A stretch of DNA of 63,173 nt, the filler included, from Octopus bimaculoides (Eukaryota): assembly GCF_001194135.2 (NCBI RefSeq). It is 3 parts of 3 records of this genome, joined end to end, with 100 filler letters (N's around TTAATTAATTAA, not from the genome) between each part and the next. Parts side by side here need not be neighbours in the genome. Positions count along the whole stretch, not along the records: positions 51,234 to 63,173 come from NC_068987.1; 2 more parts are not named here. One strand, 5' to 3'. Shown here one piece after another: positions 51,665-62,213 of the stretch. Under the pieces are notes generated by a model. It did no database searches and had not been told where the DNA came from. It saw nothing but the letters and a program-made list of their open reading frames with translations. The position numbers and the translations under genes are program-made. Numbering within the stretch: position 1 is the first letter of the stretch; each line of letters begins with the position of its first letter.

Positions 51665-51877
51665 CTGTCTACGATAGGCACAAGGCCTAAAATTTAGGGA
51701 AGGGGTTAGGTCAATTACATCGACCGCAGTGTTTCACTGGTACTTAATTTATCGACCCCAAAAGTATAAAAGTCAAAGTCGACCGCAGTGGAATTTGAAC
51801 TCAGAGCGTAGCGACAGACGGAATACTGCTAAGGATTTTTGCCCGGCGTACTAATAATTCTGCCAGCTCACCGCCTT
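51665..51877 (-). mobile_element. SINE family B
   Basis: Antisense TTACATCGACC.CAGTG...ACTGGTACTTAATTTATCGACCCC...GGAATTTGAACTCAGA...CTGCCAGCTCACCGCCTT. Confidence 0.9.
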
Positions 51878-51912
51878 AGACAGAGATAAATAATATCATT
51901 TAATGTACACAG

Positions 51913-52105
51913 TATTTAAATCTAATAGTACCATAGCGCGGAAACACGATAATTTCGGTTGATCTGTATAACCATATGTACTGAGACTGGAGGTCTGCTC
52001 GGAGACACAAGGCATGTTACAGAAATAGTCCCATGCCGTGGAAACACGATCTATCGTGTGTCCACGGCATGAAACTATTAGTAGGTTTTATTCAATATTT
52101 AAATA
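51913..52105. mobile_element. palindromic element relic of unknown class, with a 54-bp hairpin
   Basis: ATAGT..CATGCCGTGGA.ACACGAT-ct-ATCGTGT.TCCACGGCATG..ACTAT at 52025-52078; a diverged direct copy of the left arm at about 51924-51950. Confidence 0.5.
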
Positions 52106-52216
52106 ATGTATGTATTAAACGATACACACATACATACACACACACACACGCACACACACGCACACACACATATATATATATATGGCAATAGTAGCTGTAC
52201 GGAATCGTAAAATATA

Positions 52217-52588
52217 ATTGCCAACTAAATGTGGCGGTCCCATAGAGGACGATGCTACTGTTGTTTTTAGCCCCACGATACACTGTGTCCGATTAGTATT
52301 TGCGAAAGGAAAAATTGTCGTTCACATCTCTAGCCTTTCGTGATACACAGACCCGAGTTTCACTGGAGAAAGCATATTGTATTTTGCGTGTGGAACAAGT
52401 TTTCATCTACTCAGAAACCCGGGTCTGTGAGTATCACGTAAGGCTAGAGATGTGAACGATGGTTTCCCCGCGCAAATACTAATCGGACACAGACAGTGTG
52501 TCGTTAGCCAGCTGGAGGAGATGTCCTCCTGAGGCTAAAAACAACAGAAGCATCGTCCTCTATTGGACCGCCACATTTAGTTGGCAAT
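52217..52588. mobile_element. fold-back MITE with nested inverted repeats, TA-flanked
   Basis: Outer arms 52215-52272 and 52533-52590 match at 56/58 bp (including the TA); inner arms 52283-52361 and 52414-52492 are also complementary. Confidence 0.9.
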
Positions 52589-52589
52589 T

Positions 52590-52631
<42 letters not shown>

Positions 52632-52682
52632 GCTTATGTGTGTGTGTGTGTGTGATTGTGAATGTGTGTTATGTTACAGGTT

Positions 52683-53357
52683 CAGGTGTGGCTGTGTAAT
52701 TTTAAGAAGCTTACTTCCCGGCTATGTTGTGTTGGGTTCAATCTCATTGCCCGCTATCTTGAATAAGTGTATTTGCTATAGAACCGGGTCGACCACTGCC
52801 TTGTAAGTGTATTTGCTCAACGGAAACTGGAAGAAACACGTCCTATATGTGTGTGTGCGTTTGTGTGTATATGTGTCTGCGTGTGTGTGTGTTTGTGTGT
52901 ATATGTGTCTGCGTGTGTGTGTGTGTGTGCACTTGTGTGTGTGTATGTGCGAGTTTGTGTGTGTATGTGTATGTGTGCTTGTGTGTGTGTGTGTTTCTGG
53001 GTGTGTGTATGTGCGAGTTTGTGTGTGTACGTGTGTGTATGTGTGTATGTTAGTATGCGTGTTTGTGTGTGAGTGCCTGTGTATATGTGTGTGTGCAACG
53101 AGTCTCTAACCCCACCCCCGCCCCACTGCTTGACAACCGTTGTAGATTTGTTTACGTGTGCGTTAGCTAGCAGTTCGGCAAAAATAGGCGATGAAATAAG
53201 TACCAGACTCAAACCACATCACTGTAACTTAGCTCTTCGACAAAATCGAACGATAAAACAAGTACCAGGTTTAAAACTATGCACTGGGCTCAATTTGGTC
53301 AGTTAAACGCTTTAAGGCGGTGCCCCGGCTTGACCGCAGTCTAGTGACGGAAATAAC
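52683..53357 (+). mobile_element. SINE family A, decayed, with about 250 bp of expanded internal (TG)n and a tail duplication
   Basis: Head CAGGTGTGGCTGTGT...AAGAAGCTT.CTTCCC; tail GCTTGACAACCG...CGGCAAAA...AAGTACCAG (twice)...AAGGCGGTGCCCC. Confidence 0.8.
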
Positions 53358-54083
53358 GTGTGTGTGTTTGTGTGTGTGTGTGTTTGTATGTGTGTGTTTT
53401 TGTGTGTGTTTGTGTGTATGTCTTTGTGTGTTTGTGTGTGTGTGTTTGTGTGTGTTTGTGTGTGTTGTGCGTGTGTATACTTGTGTGCATGCGTGTGTGT
53501 GTTTGTGTGTGTGTGTGTTTGTGTGTGTGTGTTTGAGTGTGTGTTTGTGTATGCGTGCGTGTGTCTGTGAGTGTTTGTGTGTGTATGCATGTTCATCTGT
53601 GTGTTTCTGTGTGTATGCGTGTGTCCATGTGTGTGTGTGTGTGTGTGTGTATGCTTGTTTGTGTGTATGTCTGTTTGTGTATCTGTGTGTGTACGTTTGT
53701 GTGTGTTGTGTGTGTATGTTTGCTTGTACGTGTGTGTGTTTGTGTTTGTGTGTGTGTGTGTGTTTGTGCGTGTGTGTGTGTGTACGTTTAATGTCTGCTT
53801 CGCTATCAGTTGTTGATTTCTCTCCGTCCCTCTCATTTAAGGATATCAAGAGCGGCCATTGGCATTCATGTGAACGAACACAGCTAAATCACTTGTATAT
53901 CAAATATCATGCAACATAAATCCTGGCGTAATTAAGATTATCTTCGCCCTTAGAGAGTTCCCACAGTTGCCAAATGGTAATTGAGACCAGCTTCATTTGG
54001 GAAAAGGAGATAATCAATAATTCTCCAAAGTTGATATACCATTAATGAAGAGGACAAGCTTATTATCTAAGGATAAGACTACA

Positions 54084-54128
54084 GTCGCTCAAACGTGTTC
54101 CTGCCTCAATAGGCGTCATCAGCACGAC
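54084..54128 (-). ncRNA. decayed hammerhead-like motif
   Basis: Minus strand GTCGTG-CTGATGA-C-GCCT-attg-AGGC-AGGAACACGTTT-GA-GCGAC; perfect stem II and distal stem I, GAAA corrupted. Confidence 0.35.
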
Positions 54129-54196
54129 ACTTTTCTCAACATTTCTCCATCATGTACAAAAATGCGTAAACGCATTTTACATTATATTTCTGCTTT

Positions 54197-54385
54197 GAAG
54201 GCGGTGAACTGGAAGAAACGTCACTGCACCGGACAAAATGCTTAGCGGTATTTCGTCCGTCTTCATGTTCTAAGCTGAAATTTCGCCGCAGTGGTTTTTG
54301 TCTTTCAACCTTTCGTGATCGATAAAAATTTGTAGTTTAGCACTGGAGTCGATGTTATCGATTAGTCACCTTGTGCCTATCCTTT
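54197..54385 (+). mobile_element. SINE family B, decayed
   Basis: AAGGCGGTGAACTGG.AGAAACGT...AAATGCTTAGCGGTATTTCGTCCGTC...GCACTGGAGTCGATGTTATCGA. Confidence 0.85.
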
Positions 54386-54691
54386 GTCAGAACTCAGTAC
54401 ATGTATATTTATAACACACAGTACAACTAAACTCCGACTGCAACGAGACGGGTGTAATTAACAAATGTCCCCCACTTACTTCGGATATATATGACTCTAC
54501 AAAGCTTTGCATGGAATCAGGCTTTGTAGGGGATATCGGGCAAGCGGAACTATCGCAGGCACTGTACCCATAATTCAAATATACAGGTCTTGTCACAGAC
54601 CAAGTTACGCTACCTTTACATGAGTAATTATGTTTAAGAGCACAATTATGTTTGGTGTACACGGCCCCTTACACACTATTGTAAAAAATTA

Positions 54692-54852
54692 GCCGCAGGA
54701 GTGGGTGTGTGGTAAGTTGCTGCTTTCCAACCACATGGTTCCGGGCTCAGTCCCACTGCGTGGCACCTTGGGTGAGTGTCTTCTACTATAGCCTCGAACC
54801 GACCAAGGCCTTGTGAGTGGGTTTGATTAAAGGAAACTGAAAGAAGCCCGTC

Positions 54853-54855
<3 letters not shown>
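54692..54855 (+). mobile_element. SINE family A, 5' half, well preserved
   Basis: GCAGGAGTGG.TGTGTGGTAAG...CCAACCACATGGTTCCGGGCTCAGTCCCACTGCGTGGCACCTTGGG...GGAAACTGAAAGAAGCCCGTCG. Confidence 0.92.
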
Positions 54856-54890
<35 letters not shown>

Positions 54891-55566
54891 GATGTGTCTA
54901 TTGATAACTTGCTTCTTCGCTGCTCGATCGTTTGAATAATCGGCAACGTGAAACTCGGTTACGATTGAAGAACCTTCCTTTTCTTCCTCCCTCTCCCCTT
55001 CCCACTCTCTCATATATACACACACACATACACATACACACAAAATACTTTATGTATTGAGTACTTTTTCTTTGCTTGTAAATACATTCAGCACTCTAGT
55101 CAGACGCACATACACACATATATGAACACACACACACACACATACACATACACACACACACACATATATATGCGTGTATATATGTGTATGCATATTATGC
55201 GTATATTTATGTATATATATATAGGTGTGTGTGTATGTGTGTGTGTGTGCGTTTACACGTGCATGCGTACTCTTTCTTCCTTCTTCCCCCGCCTTCCTCC
55301 TATCTTACCCCGTTGAAGTTCTATCTCTCTTTGTATGTACATGTATATATATATGTATATATATATATATATGTATATANNNNNNNNNNNNNNNNNNNNN
55401 NNNNNNNNNNNNNNNNNNNNNNNNNNNNNNNNNNNNNNNNNNNNNNNNNNNNNNNNNNNNNNNNNNNNNNNNNNNNNNNNNNNNNNNNNNNNNNNNNNNN
55501 NNNNNNNNNNNNNNNNNNNNNNNNNNNNNNNNNNNNNNNNNNNNNNNNNNNNNNNNNNNNNNNNNN

Positions 55567-55599
<33 letters not shown>

Positions 55600-55904
55600 G
55601 TATATATATATATAACATATATAGAATACGTACATATGTACACACACGCACACACACATATATTTATACAAATCTGTATATACCCATATACATATATACA
55701 CATATGAGGTACGCTTGCATACATGAAAGACGGATGGTGATGAGTTTAACAGCGGCTCCCCACGTCATAGCTGGTTAGCTGAGTTGTGCGCGCGCGCGCG
55801 TACCCCTACCGTAGAGCTGTTCAACTAATTAGGCAGGGGTGGGCCCGGCTTGTCAGAACTATAACTGAGGATGAGTAAACGATGGAAAGATGCTAATAAT
55901 AAGC

Positions 55905-56780
55905 AGACTATGTGTGTGTGTGTATGTATGTATGTATGCATGTATGTATGTATGTGTGTATGCATGTATGTATGTATGTATGTGTGCATGTATGTATGTA
56001 TATGTATTATGTATGTATGTATGTATGTATGTATGTATATATGTTTGTATGCATGTATGTATGTATATGTATTATGTATGTATGTATGTATGTATGCATG
56101 CATGTATGCATGTATGTATGTATGTATGTGTGCATGTATGTATGTATGTATGTATATGTATTATGTATGTATGTATGTATGCATGTATGTATGTATGTAT
56201 GTATGTATGTATGTGTGTATGTGCTTGCGTGTATGTGTGTGTGTTTGTGTGTATATTTATGGATGGGTAGGTATAGGTAGGTAGGTATATAGTTGTGTGT
56301 ATATATAACTATATCTATGCATGTGTATGTCTATGTATATGCATGCATATATGTACGTATGTGTATGTACAACCTTTTATATGCATGTGTATGTGTGTGT
56401 ACGTATGTATGCATGTATGTGTGTATGTATGTATGTATGTATGCATTTATGTATGTATGTATGTATGTGTGCATGCATGCGTGTATGTATCTGTGTATGA
56501 ATGCGTGTATTTTTATATATGTTTGAGTATGTGTGTATGTATGCATACATACATATATATGCACCTATGTATTGATATGGCTGTATGTACGTATGCGTGT
56601 GTTTGCGCGCGTATATATATATACACACACAAACAAGTCACATGCATACACTAACATCCACATATGTGTATATTTGTATACATTTGTGTGTGTGTATGAA
56701 TGTATGCAAACATGTATATACGCATGTACGTTAGTGTGTGTGTGTGTGTGCGGATGTACTTTCAGACACACATGATCCAA
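55905..56780. repeat. large (TATG)n/(TG)n degenerate microsatellite field
   Basis: Direct reading; source of the MYVC/HTYI ORFs. Confidence 0.95.
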
Positions 56781-57045
56781 ATCTATATGAAGCTGTAAAA
56801 AAAATGAAAATATATTTTAAATTTGATCTTTAATTTCGAATAAACTATTATTAAACTTTGCCCATGTAATATTCCTTTTAAAAGCATAGAATTCTATCTA
56901 TCGATTTTTGCTAATGGTTTTGCTCTTCTCTTCATTTTTTTCACTTTAGGTTACCAAATTAAAGATAGAAAAAAGAAACTGGATGATTAATAAGAACGCC
57001 TTAATACTGTAATACTTGTCTCAAGAGAGCCTCTCGTGTTGACGC

Positions 57046-57650
57046 TTGATGCATAAGAGTACAGGTGAGGGTGTGATGGTCTACGTTCGTTCAAACCTAT
57101 CGGCAATTCCTTGTGATGATTTGAACCATTCTCAACAGGAAGTATTTTTCTGCAATATACACATGGCCATGTCAACACTTTTACTTGGAGTTGTTTANNN
57201 NNNNNNNNNNNNNNNNNNNNNNNNNNNNNNNNNNNNNNNNNNNNNNNNNNNNNNNNNNNNNNNNNNNNNNNNNNNNNNNNNNNNNNNNNNNNNNNNNNNN
57301 NNNNNNNNNNNNNNNNNNNNNNNNNAAAAAAAATTATCATCAAGACACACAACTTTTTGATGTCTTCAGAGTTGCTGTCATGAAAACAGCCACTGATGTT
57401 TATATTGCAGGGGATTTCAATTTCCCTGAGATTGACTGGGAGGCCTTCCGTTGGCCGCCAAGTGCAGACGATTTCCTTGAGCTAGTGCTGAATTCAAATT
57501 GATCCCAAGTCGTTACCTCCCCCACAAGGGGTAACAACACTTTGGATCCGCTATTCACCACTTCTCCTGAAACAATTATTAGTGTCACTACTGAAGAACC
57601 TTTAGGTGACTCTGATCATTCCATGATCATGGCCGACTTGTCTCTGATTG
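57046..57650 (+). pseudogene. LINE APE-type endonuclease domain (disrupted; spans an N gap)
   Basis: GDFN, TR...LD and SDH motifs; in-frame TGA at about 57500. Confidence 0.88.
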
Positions 57651-58249
57651 GTTGTAACAAAAACCACAACCATCTTCAAACTGCCCGCTTTGACTGGAAT
57701 AAAGTAGACTGGAACTCTTATTGTACCGAGCTGCGACGTCGAAACTGGCTCTAATTTTATGTCTATGGAGATGTGAACACTATACTTCAGAACATTCTGA
57801 ATTCAATATGGACGGCATGTGCAGCATCGGTACCACGCAAGCACAAAAAGCCCACTTAATAGTGCAATTTGGGAGACTGCTGCAGTCCGACTTGCCAGGA
57901 TAGAACGCCGTAATGCTGAGCAGGAATACAAAATGCACAAATCAGAGATTAACAGGAAAAAGCGCAATAGATCATCCAACCATCTCAAGTAGGTGGCAAA
58001 AAAGGCAGTGCTTGAATTCGAACAGCGCATAGCAATCAACCCTGACAGCAAAGTGTTCTGGAGGTATGTACATTCGAAGCAGAGACATCACTCTCCAGTT
58101 GGCCCCCTTCGCAACCCCACACACGCCAGGTTACTGACAATCCCAAAGAATGTGCAGAAATTAATGCTGGATGGTATGCAGGCATCTTTACTGTCGAAAA
58201 TCAAAATGTTCCATCTCCATCACCTCTGACACCGGTCTCTATAATTACT

Positions 58250-59770
58250 ATGAAATTTACACCAGCAATGCTACAATGCCACCTTAAGAAGAAACGTAAC
58301 TATGCCTCTCCTGGTCTCGATGGTGTTACATACCTACTTCTCAAACGTGGTGGGTACTTTCTTCTGAACCAGCTTTCACTATTCTTTCAATTCTGTCTTG
58401 ACAGGGGTGTTACTCCAGAGCAGTGGAAAACTGCCAGTGTTATCCCTCTGTTCACAAAAGGTGACCGCACATCGCCTGTCAACTATCGCCCGGTCAGTCT
58501 TACTAGCTGCATCACCAAACTGATGGAATCGTGTGTCAGAGAAACCCTCTGGAACTTCTGGAAGTCTCACAGCCTCATCCAGCTATCACAATTTGGATTT
58601 ATTCCCAACTCCAGCTGCTGTAATCAACTCATTGAGTTTCTTGAGGACATTACCCAAATCACTGATGGCGGCTCCTGGGTGGATGTTGTTTACCTTGATT
58701 TTGCTAAGGCTTTTAATTCTGTGCCACACAAAAGGCTTATGATGAAACTCTCTGCAATGGGTGTAAGAGATGATCTCTATAACTGGTTGAAGTCCTTCAT
58801 TATCGGCCGAAAAGAGGTTGTCACAGTTCTAGGACAGCACTCTTCACCCTATGAGATGACATCTGGTGTACCACAGGGATCTGTTCTTGGCCCCCTTTTA
58901 TCTGTTGCATACATTAATGATATAGATGTCAACTTAAAGAATGCCACAGTTCTGAAATATGCAGATGACATCAAGCTGTACCTCGAAATAAAAAGGACAG
59001 ATCCTGTACACTATAGATCTTTATTGCAATCAGACCTGGACACTATCGAGCAATGGATCATGGACTGGCAACTCAAGCTGGCTGTGGACAAATGTACGAC
59101 CATGCATTTTGAGAGGAAAAACCCAGCGTCTACTTACTCCCTCCACAACACTAATCTCAAAAAGTCTTCTTGCGAACGTGACCTGGGTATTATTGTTGAC
59201 AGCAATTTGCGTTGGACAAAACACATTGCTAAAATTTCCAAGAAGGCTGAGGGTGTCTTGGCATCACTTACCAAGTCCTTTGTAAGCCGCTCTCCGGCTA
59301 TCTATCTGAGGCTTTATATAGCTATGGTGCGGCCTCACCTGGAATTTGCATTACCGGTCTGGAACCCCTATCTTACCCAGGATATTAATCGTCTCGAAAC
59401 TGTTCAGCGACGTGCAACCAAGAGAATACCCTCCATCAGGCATTTTCCATATTCTGAACGCCTTACTTCCTTGGGTATGGATACATTCAAACTCCGACGT
59501 CTGGCAGCTGACTTGGCAGATGCCCATAAAATTATTAACCATCTTACTCACAATAACTCTGAGCACCTTTTCAAATTCCACCTGTCTAACACCTGTGGAC
59601 ATGTTTACAAAGTCAGAAAACAGCAGAGCCCCCACGACTTTCGGAAACACTTTTTCATGCTAAGAGTTGCTGAAGTATGGAACAAACTGCCGGCATCAGC
59701 TGTTAGTTGTCGGAGCACTGCATCCTTCAAAACTTCCATGATTCCTGAGATTCGCCAACACTATACCTGA
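58250..59770 (+). CDS. reverse transcriptase and C-terminal region of CR1-type ORF2 (506-aa open segment of a broken ORF2)
   Basis: SPGLDG, YRPVSLTS, QFGF, VYLDFAKAFNSVPH, GVPQGSVLGP, YADD (58958-58969), ERDLGI, VRPHLEF, LETVQRRATK, WNKLP. Confidence 0.93.
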   Translation: MKFTPAMLQCHLKKKRNYASPGLDGVTYLLLKRGGYFLLNQLSLFFQFCLDRGVTPEQWKTASVIPLFTKGDRTSPVNYRPVSLTSCITKLMESCVRETLWNFWKSHSLIQLSQFGFIPNSSCCNQLIEFLEDITQITDGGSWVDVVYLDFAKAFNSVPHKRLMMKLSAMGVRDDLYNWLKSFIIGRKEVVTVLGQHSSPYEMTSGVPQGSVLGPLLSVAYINDIDVNLKNATVLKYADDIKLYLEIKRTDPVHYRSLLQSDLDTIEQWIMDWQLKLAVDKCTTMHFERKNPASTYSLHNTNLKKSSCERDLGIIVDSNLRWTKHIAKISKKAEGVLASLTKSFVSRSPAIYLRLYIAMVRPHLEFALPVWNPYLTQDINRLETVQRRATKRIPSIRHFPYSERLTSLGMDTFKLRRLAADLADAHKIINHLTHNNSEHLFKFHLSNTCGHVYKVRKQQSPHDFRKHFFMLRVAEVWNKLPASAVSCRSTASFKTSMIPEIRQHYT

Positions 59771-59984
59771 TTTTCTCCCTTCCATACACACGCAAGCATG
59801 TATCTGACTCATACATTGTTCACTTTCCAGACATTTGTACAATACTGCATGTGCTTTATGCGCACCTTTGACAAGTTGTAGTGCACCTGATCACTGTATA
59901 CAATAATTTCATTATCATTATCAAAAATATCAGATTTGAATGATTTTATTCTACGAGCTTAAAATATAACGCAAACCATTTAAA

Positions 59985-60072
59985 AATAAGTACTAGGGTT
60001 TTGTTTAGCCAAAAACCATTCAATCCAGTGCTCCAGCATGGTCGTAGTCCAACAACAGAAACAAATAAATAG
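59985..60072 (+). mobile_element. SINE family A tail fragment
   Basis: AATAAGTACTAGG...GTGCTCCAGCATGGTCGTAGTCCAA...GAAACAAATAAA. Confidence 0.7.
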
Positions 60073-60530
60073 CATATATTTCCTTCTAAAACTTGAGAGA
60101 TAATTGTATACCAAAAAGATAGTAATGTTCCAGCAAAAAACAAAAAAGAAAATACTGAAACTGTTTTATTATAGCTTCCGGTCCGGAAGTAACTTCTTGA
60201 CCCGAATTCTTCAACTCTTCAATTCTCAAAGTGTTTATATTAACTGCTTCACTGTTTGAACGTCTATGTATTACAATACCGGAGCTTCTTCGCTGGAGAT
60301 AATAGCCATGCTCCTCTAGGAAAGAAGGATTCACAGGAATAGACAGTCTCTAATATATCTGTATCTATATCTATATTCGTGTATGTATGTATGTATGTAT
60401 GTATGTATGTATGTATGTATGTAGGTTTGTATGTATGTATGTATGTATGTTTGTACTTGTGTATGTATACACATGCACACACACACACACACATACAGAC
60501 ACACGCACATACATACAACCATATATATAT

Positions 60531-60739
60531 GGCTTTCTTGCGGGTTAGAATATGCCTCTAGCATAAGTCAGTCTGTTGCGTCTCTCACTTTCAGTGTCTG
60601 ATACTGAAGAGGAGATAACTACCTCGAAAAGCATGCATCCATCAATCTGGCTCGCGGGGTTTCTTGCCTAACGCAAGAAATCTTGTTCATGATAAAATAC
60701 ATCAATGGCTTTCTTACAGGTTCGAATATGCCTCTAGCA
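60531..60739 (+). mobile_element. retrozyme-like 176-bp monomer with 33-bp terminal redundancy
   Basis: Direct repeat at 60531-60563 and 60707-60739 (30/33 identical) enclosing a hammerhead motif and an 8-bp hairpin at 60660-60680. Confidence 0.65.
60599..60644 (+). ncRNA. type I hammerhead motif, partly decayed
   Basis: TGATA-CTGAAGA-G-GAG-ataactac-CTC-GAAA-AGCATGCA-TC-CATCA; canonical core, near-palindromic stem III, one stem I mismatch next to the core. Confidence 0.6.
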
Positions 60740-61624
60740 CATTTGAACTGGTAACAAGTTTATTTTTACACTTTCTCCGTCTGATATTCATTCAGTGAAT
60801 AGATGCACGCACTCGAGTGTGAGCATCAACAGCTCAACCAACACACCGACTCAACCACATATTTACAAACACCGGGAACTTTTGTTACTCAAAAAGTCTT
60901 GTCACTTTGTTAGTGACCGGTTTGAACTCTCTTCAGAAGGACTAAAATAAAATTCAGAGAAAAAAATAACAAAAACATATCTACACATATATAGTGAAGG
61001 AAAAAAAGGATCAAAGAATCTAGGAGAATACTTTATAAGCACTCTGTAGAGATCAAATCTAGCTAACTAAATTGTCCGGTATATGACACAATAATCCACG
61101 TAGGTAGGAAATTCACTTTCTGCTACCAGTCCTATTTGTAAGTCCAATGGTTAGATACAGAATGGAAACACTATAAATTCAATATATAGTCACAGATTAT
61201 AATAGAAAAAGAATACAATTTAATCAGCTTCGTACGTTAAAATATGCTACAGGAGAAGAGGTGCTATCTACTGCTGTTTGTATTCAAATAGCAGTCTGGT
61301 GTGCTTATACACTATGTATTAAATTACAATTCTCTTAAGATCTCGTCAGTAAGTATCCTATGTAGGCCTCCAAAGAACTCCTCCCGATCCCTTAGACTAG
61401 CTAAATGTTAAAAATGACTTGACAATTAAATTGGAAAATATAGGCAGTGGTGATATAGCTAAGATGAGAATAAGATGGTCTTGAATTCCTCTCTTATTAT
61501 AGCACTTTAATTGATCAAACATGGGATCGATTTAATATACATAATTGAAACATTGTTGGTATTTTGCTGCATGGCATTCTATTTGAAATGAACGTAACTG
61601 ATTAAATTATGAGTACATCATTAT

Positions 61625-62120
61625 TCATAATAATTTTTCTATCGTCTTGGCTCAACAGCCCTCACCGTTTGTTTTTACTTGTTTTTACTGTTTTTATTGT
61701 TTTTACTGTCTTGTTTTCACTGTCCTGTTCTTGTTAACACTTTCACCCTCCGCAAAAAATTCCAAATTTTATTTAATTTGCTTTGCGGGAAGGACTGTTT
61801 CAACGAAGTCGCGTATTGTCCTTACCTTCGAAACGCGGAGTAGATGGAACAGGGACAACTGACTAAGAGATATACTCTTTATGTTGCATGTCTCGTTTCT
61901 CTGTTTGTTTTTTGTCTTCGTTGTTCGAAAAAAGTTCGTTTTCTGTTTTCGTTTTTATATTTTCGTTTTTCGTTTCTCATTGTGCTTAACGTTTTTGTGA
62001 TGTCCTGTACCCATATATGCATGTGTGTATACATATAGATGTAGGTATGTACATATATGTATGGATATATGCATATGTTTATATATTATTTATATTATTA
62101 TATAATCGAACACCACGCAT
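61625..62120 (+). mobile_element. split-hammerhead repeat family, copy B
   Basis: CCTTCGAAACGCGG..GGGACAA-CTGACTAAGAG-atata-CTC; T-rich body; GTCCTGTACCC.TATATGCATG shared with copies A and C. Confidence 0.7.
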
Positions 62121-62138
62121 CCTTTTCCAAAGTAAGTT

Positions 62139-62213
<75 letters not shown>

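Larger units (their letters stand above)
57005..59923 (+). mobile_element. CR1-clade LINE, 5'-truncated, ORF2 (APE endonuclease + RT) and 3' UTR
   Basis: Endonuclease motifs GEGVMVYVR, IAGDFNFPEIDW, TRGNNTLD, LGDSDHSMI; RT downstream; ends in a short (CATTAT)2 tail; stops and frameshifts between 57.5 and 58.13 kb. Confidence 0.95.

Noticed and set aside
54387-54662. 91-aa minus-strand ORF or exon ending at a GTAAGT donor (54479)
   Set aside because: Weak acceptor and no recognisable similarity; cannot be supported without expression data.
55787-55800. (CG)n runs (also about 30950) as Z-DNA or CpG-island promoters
   Set aside because: Short runs at microsatellite edges with no extended CpG-rich context.
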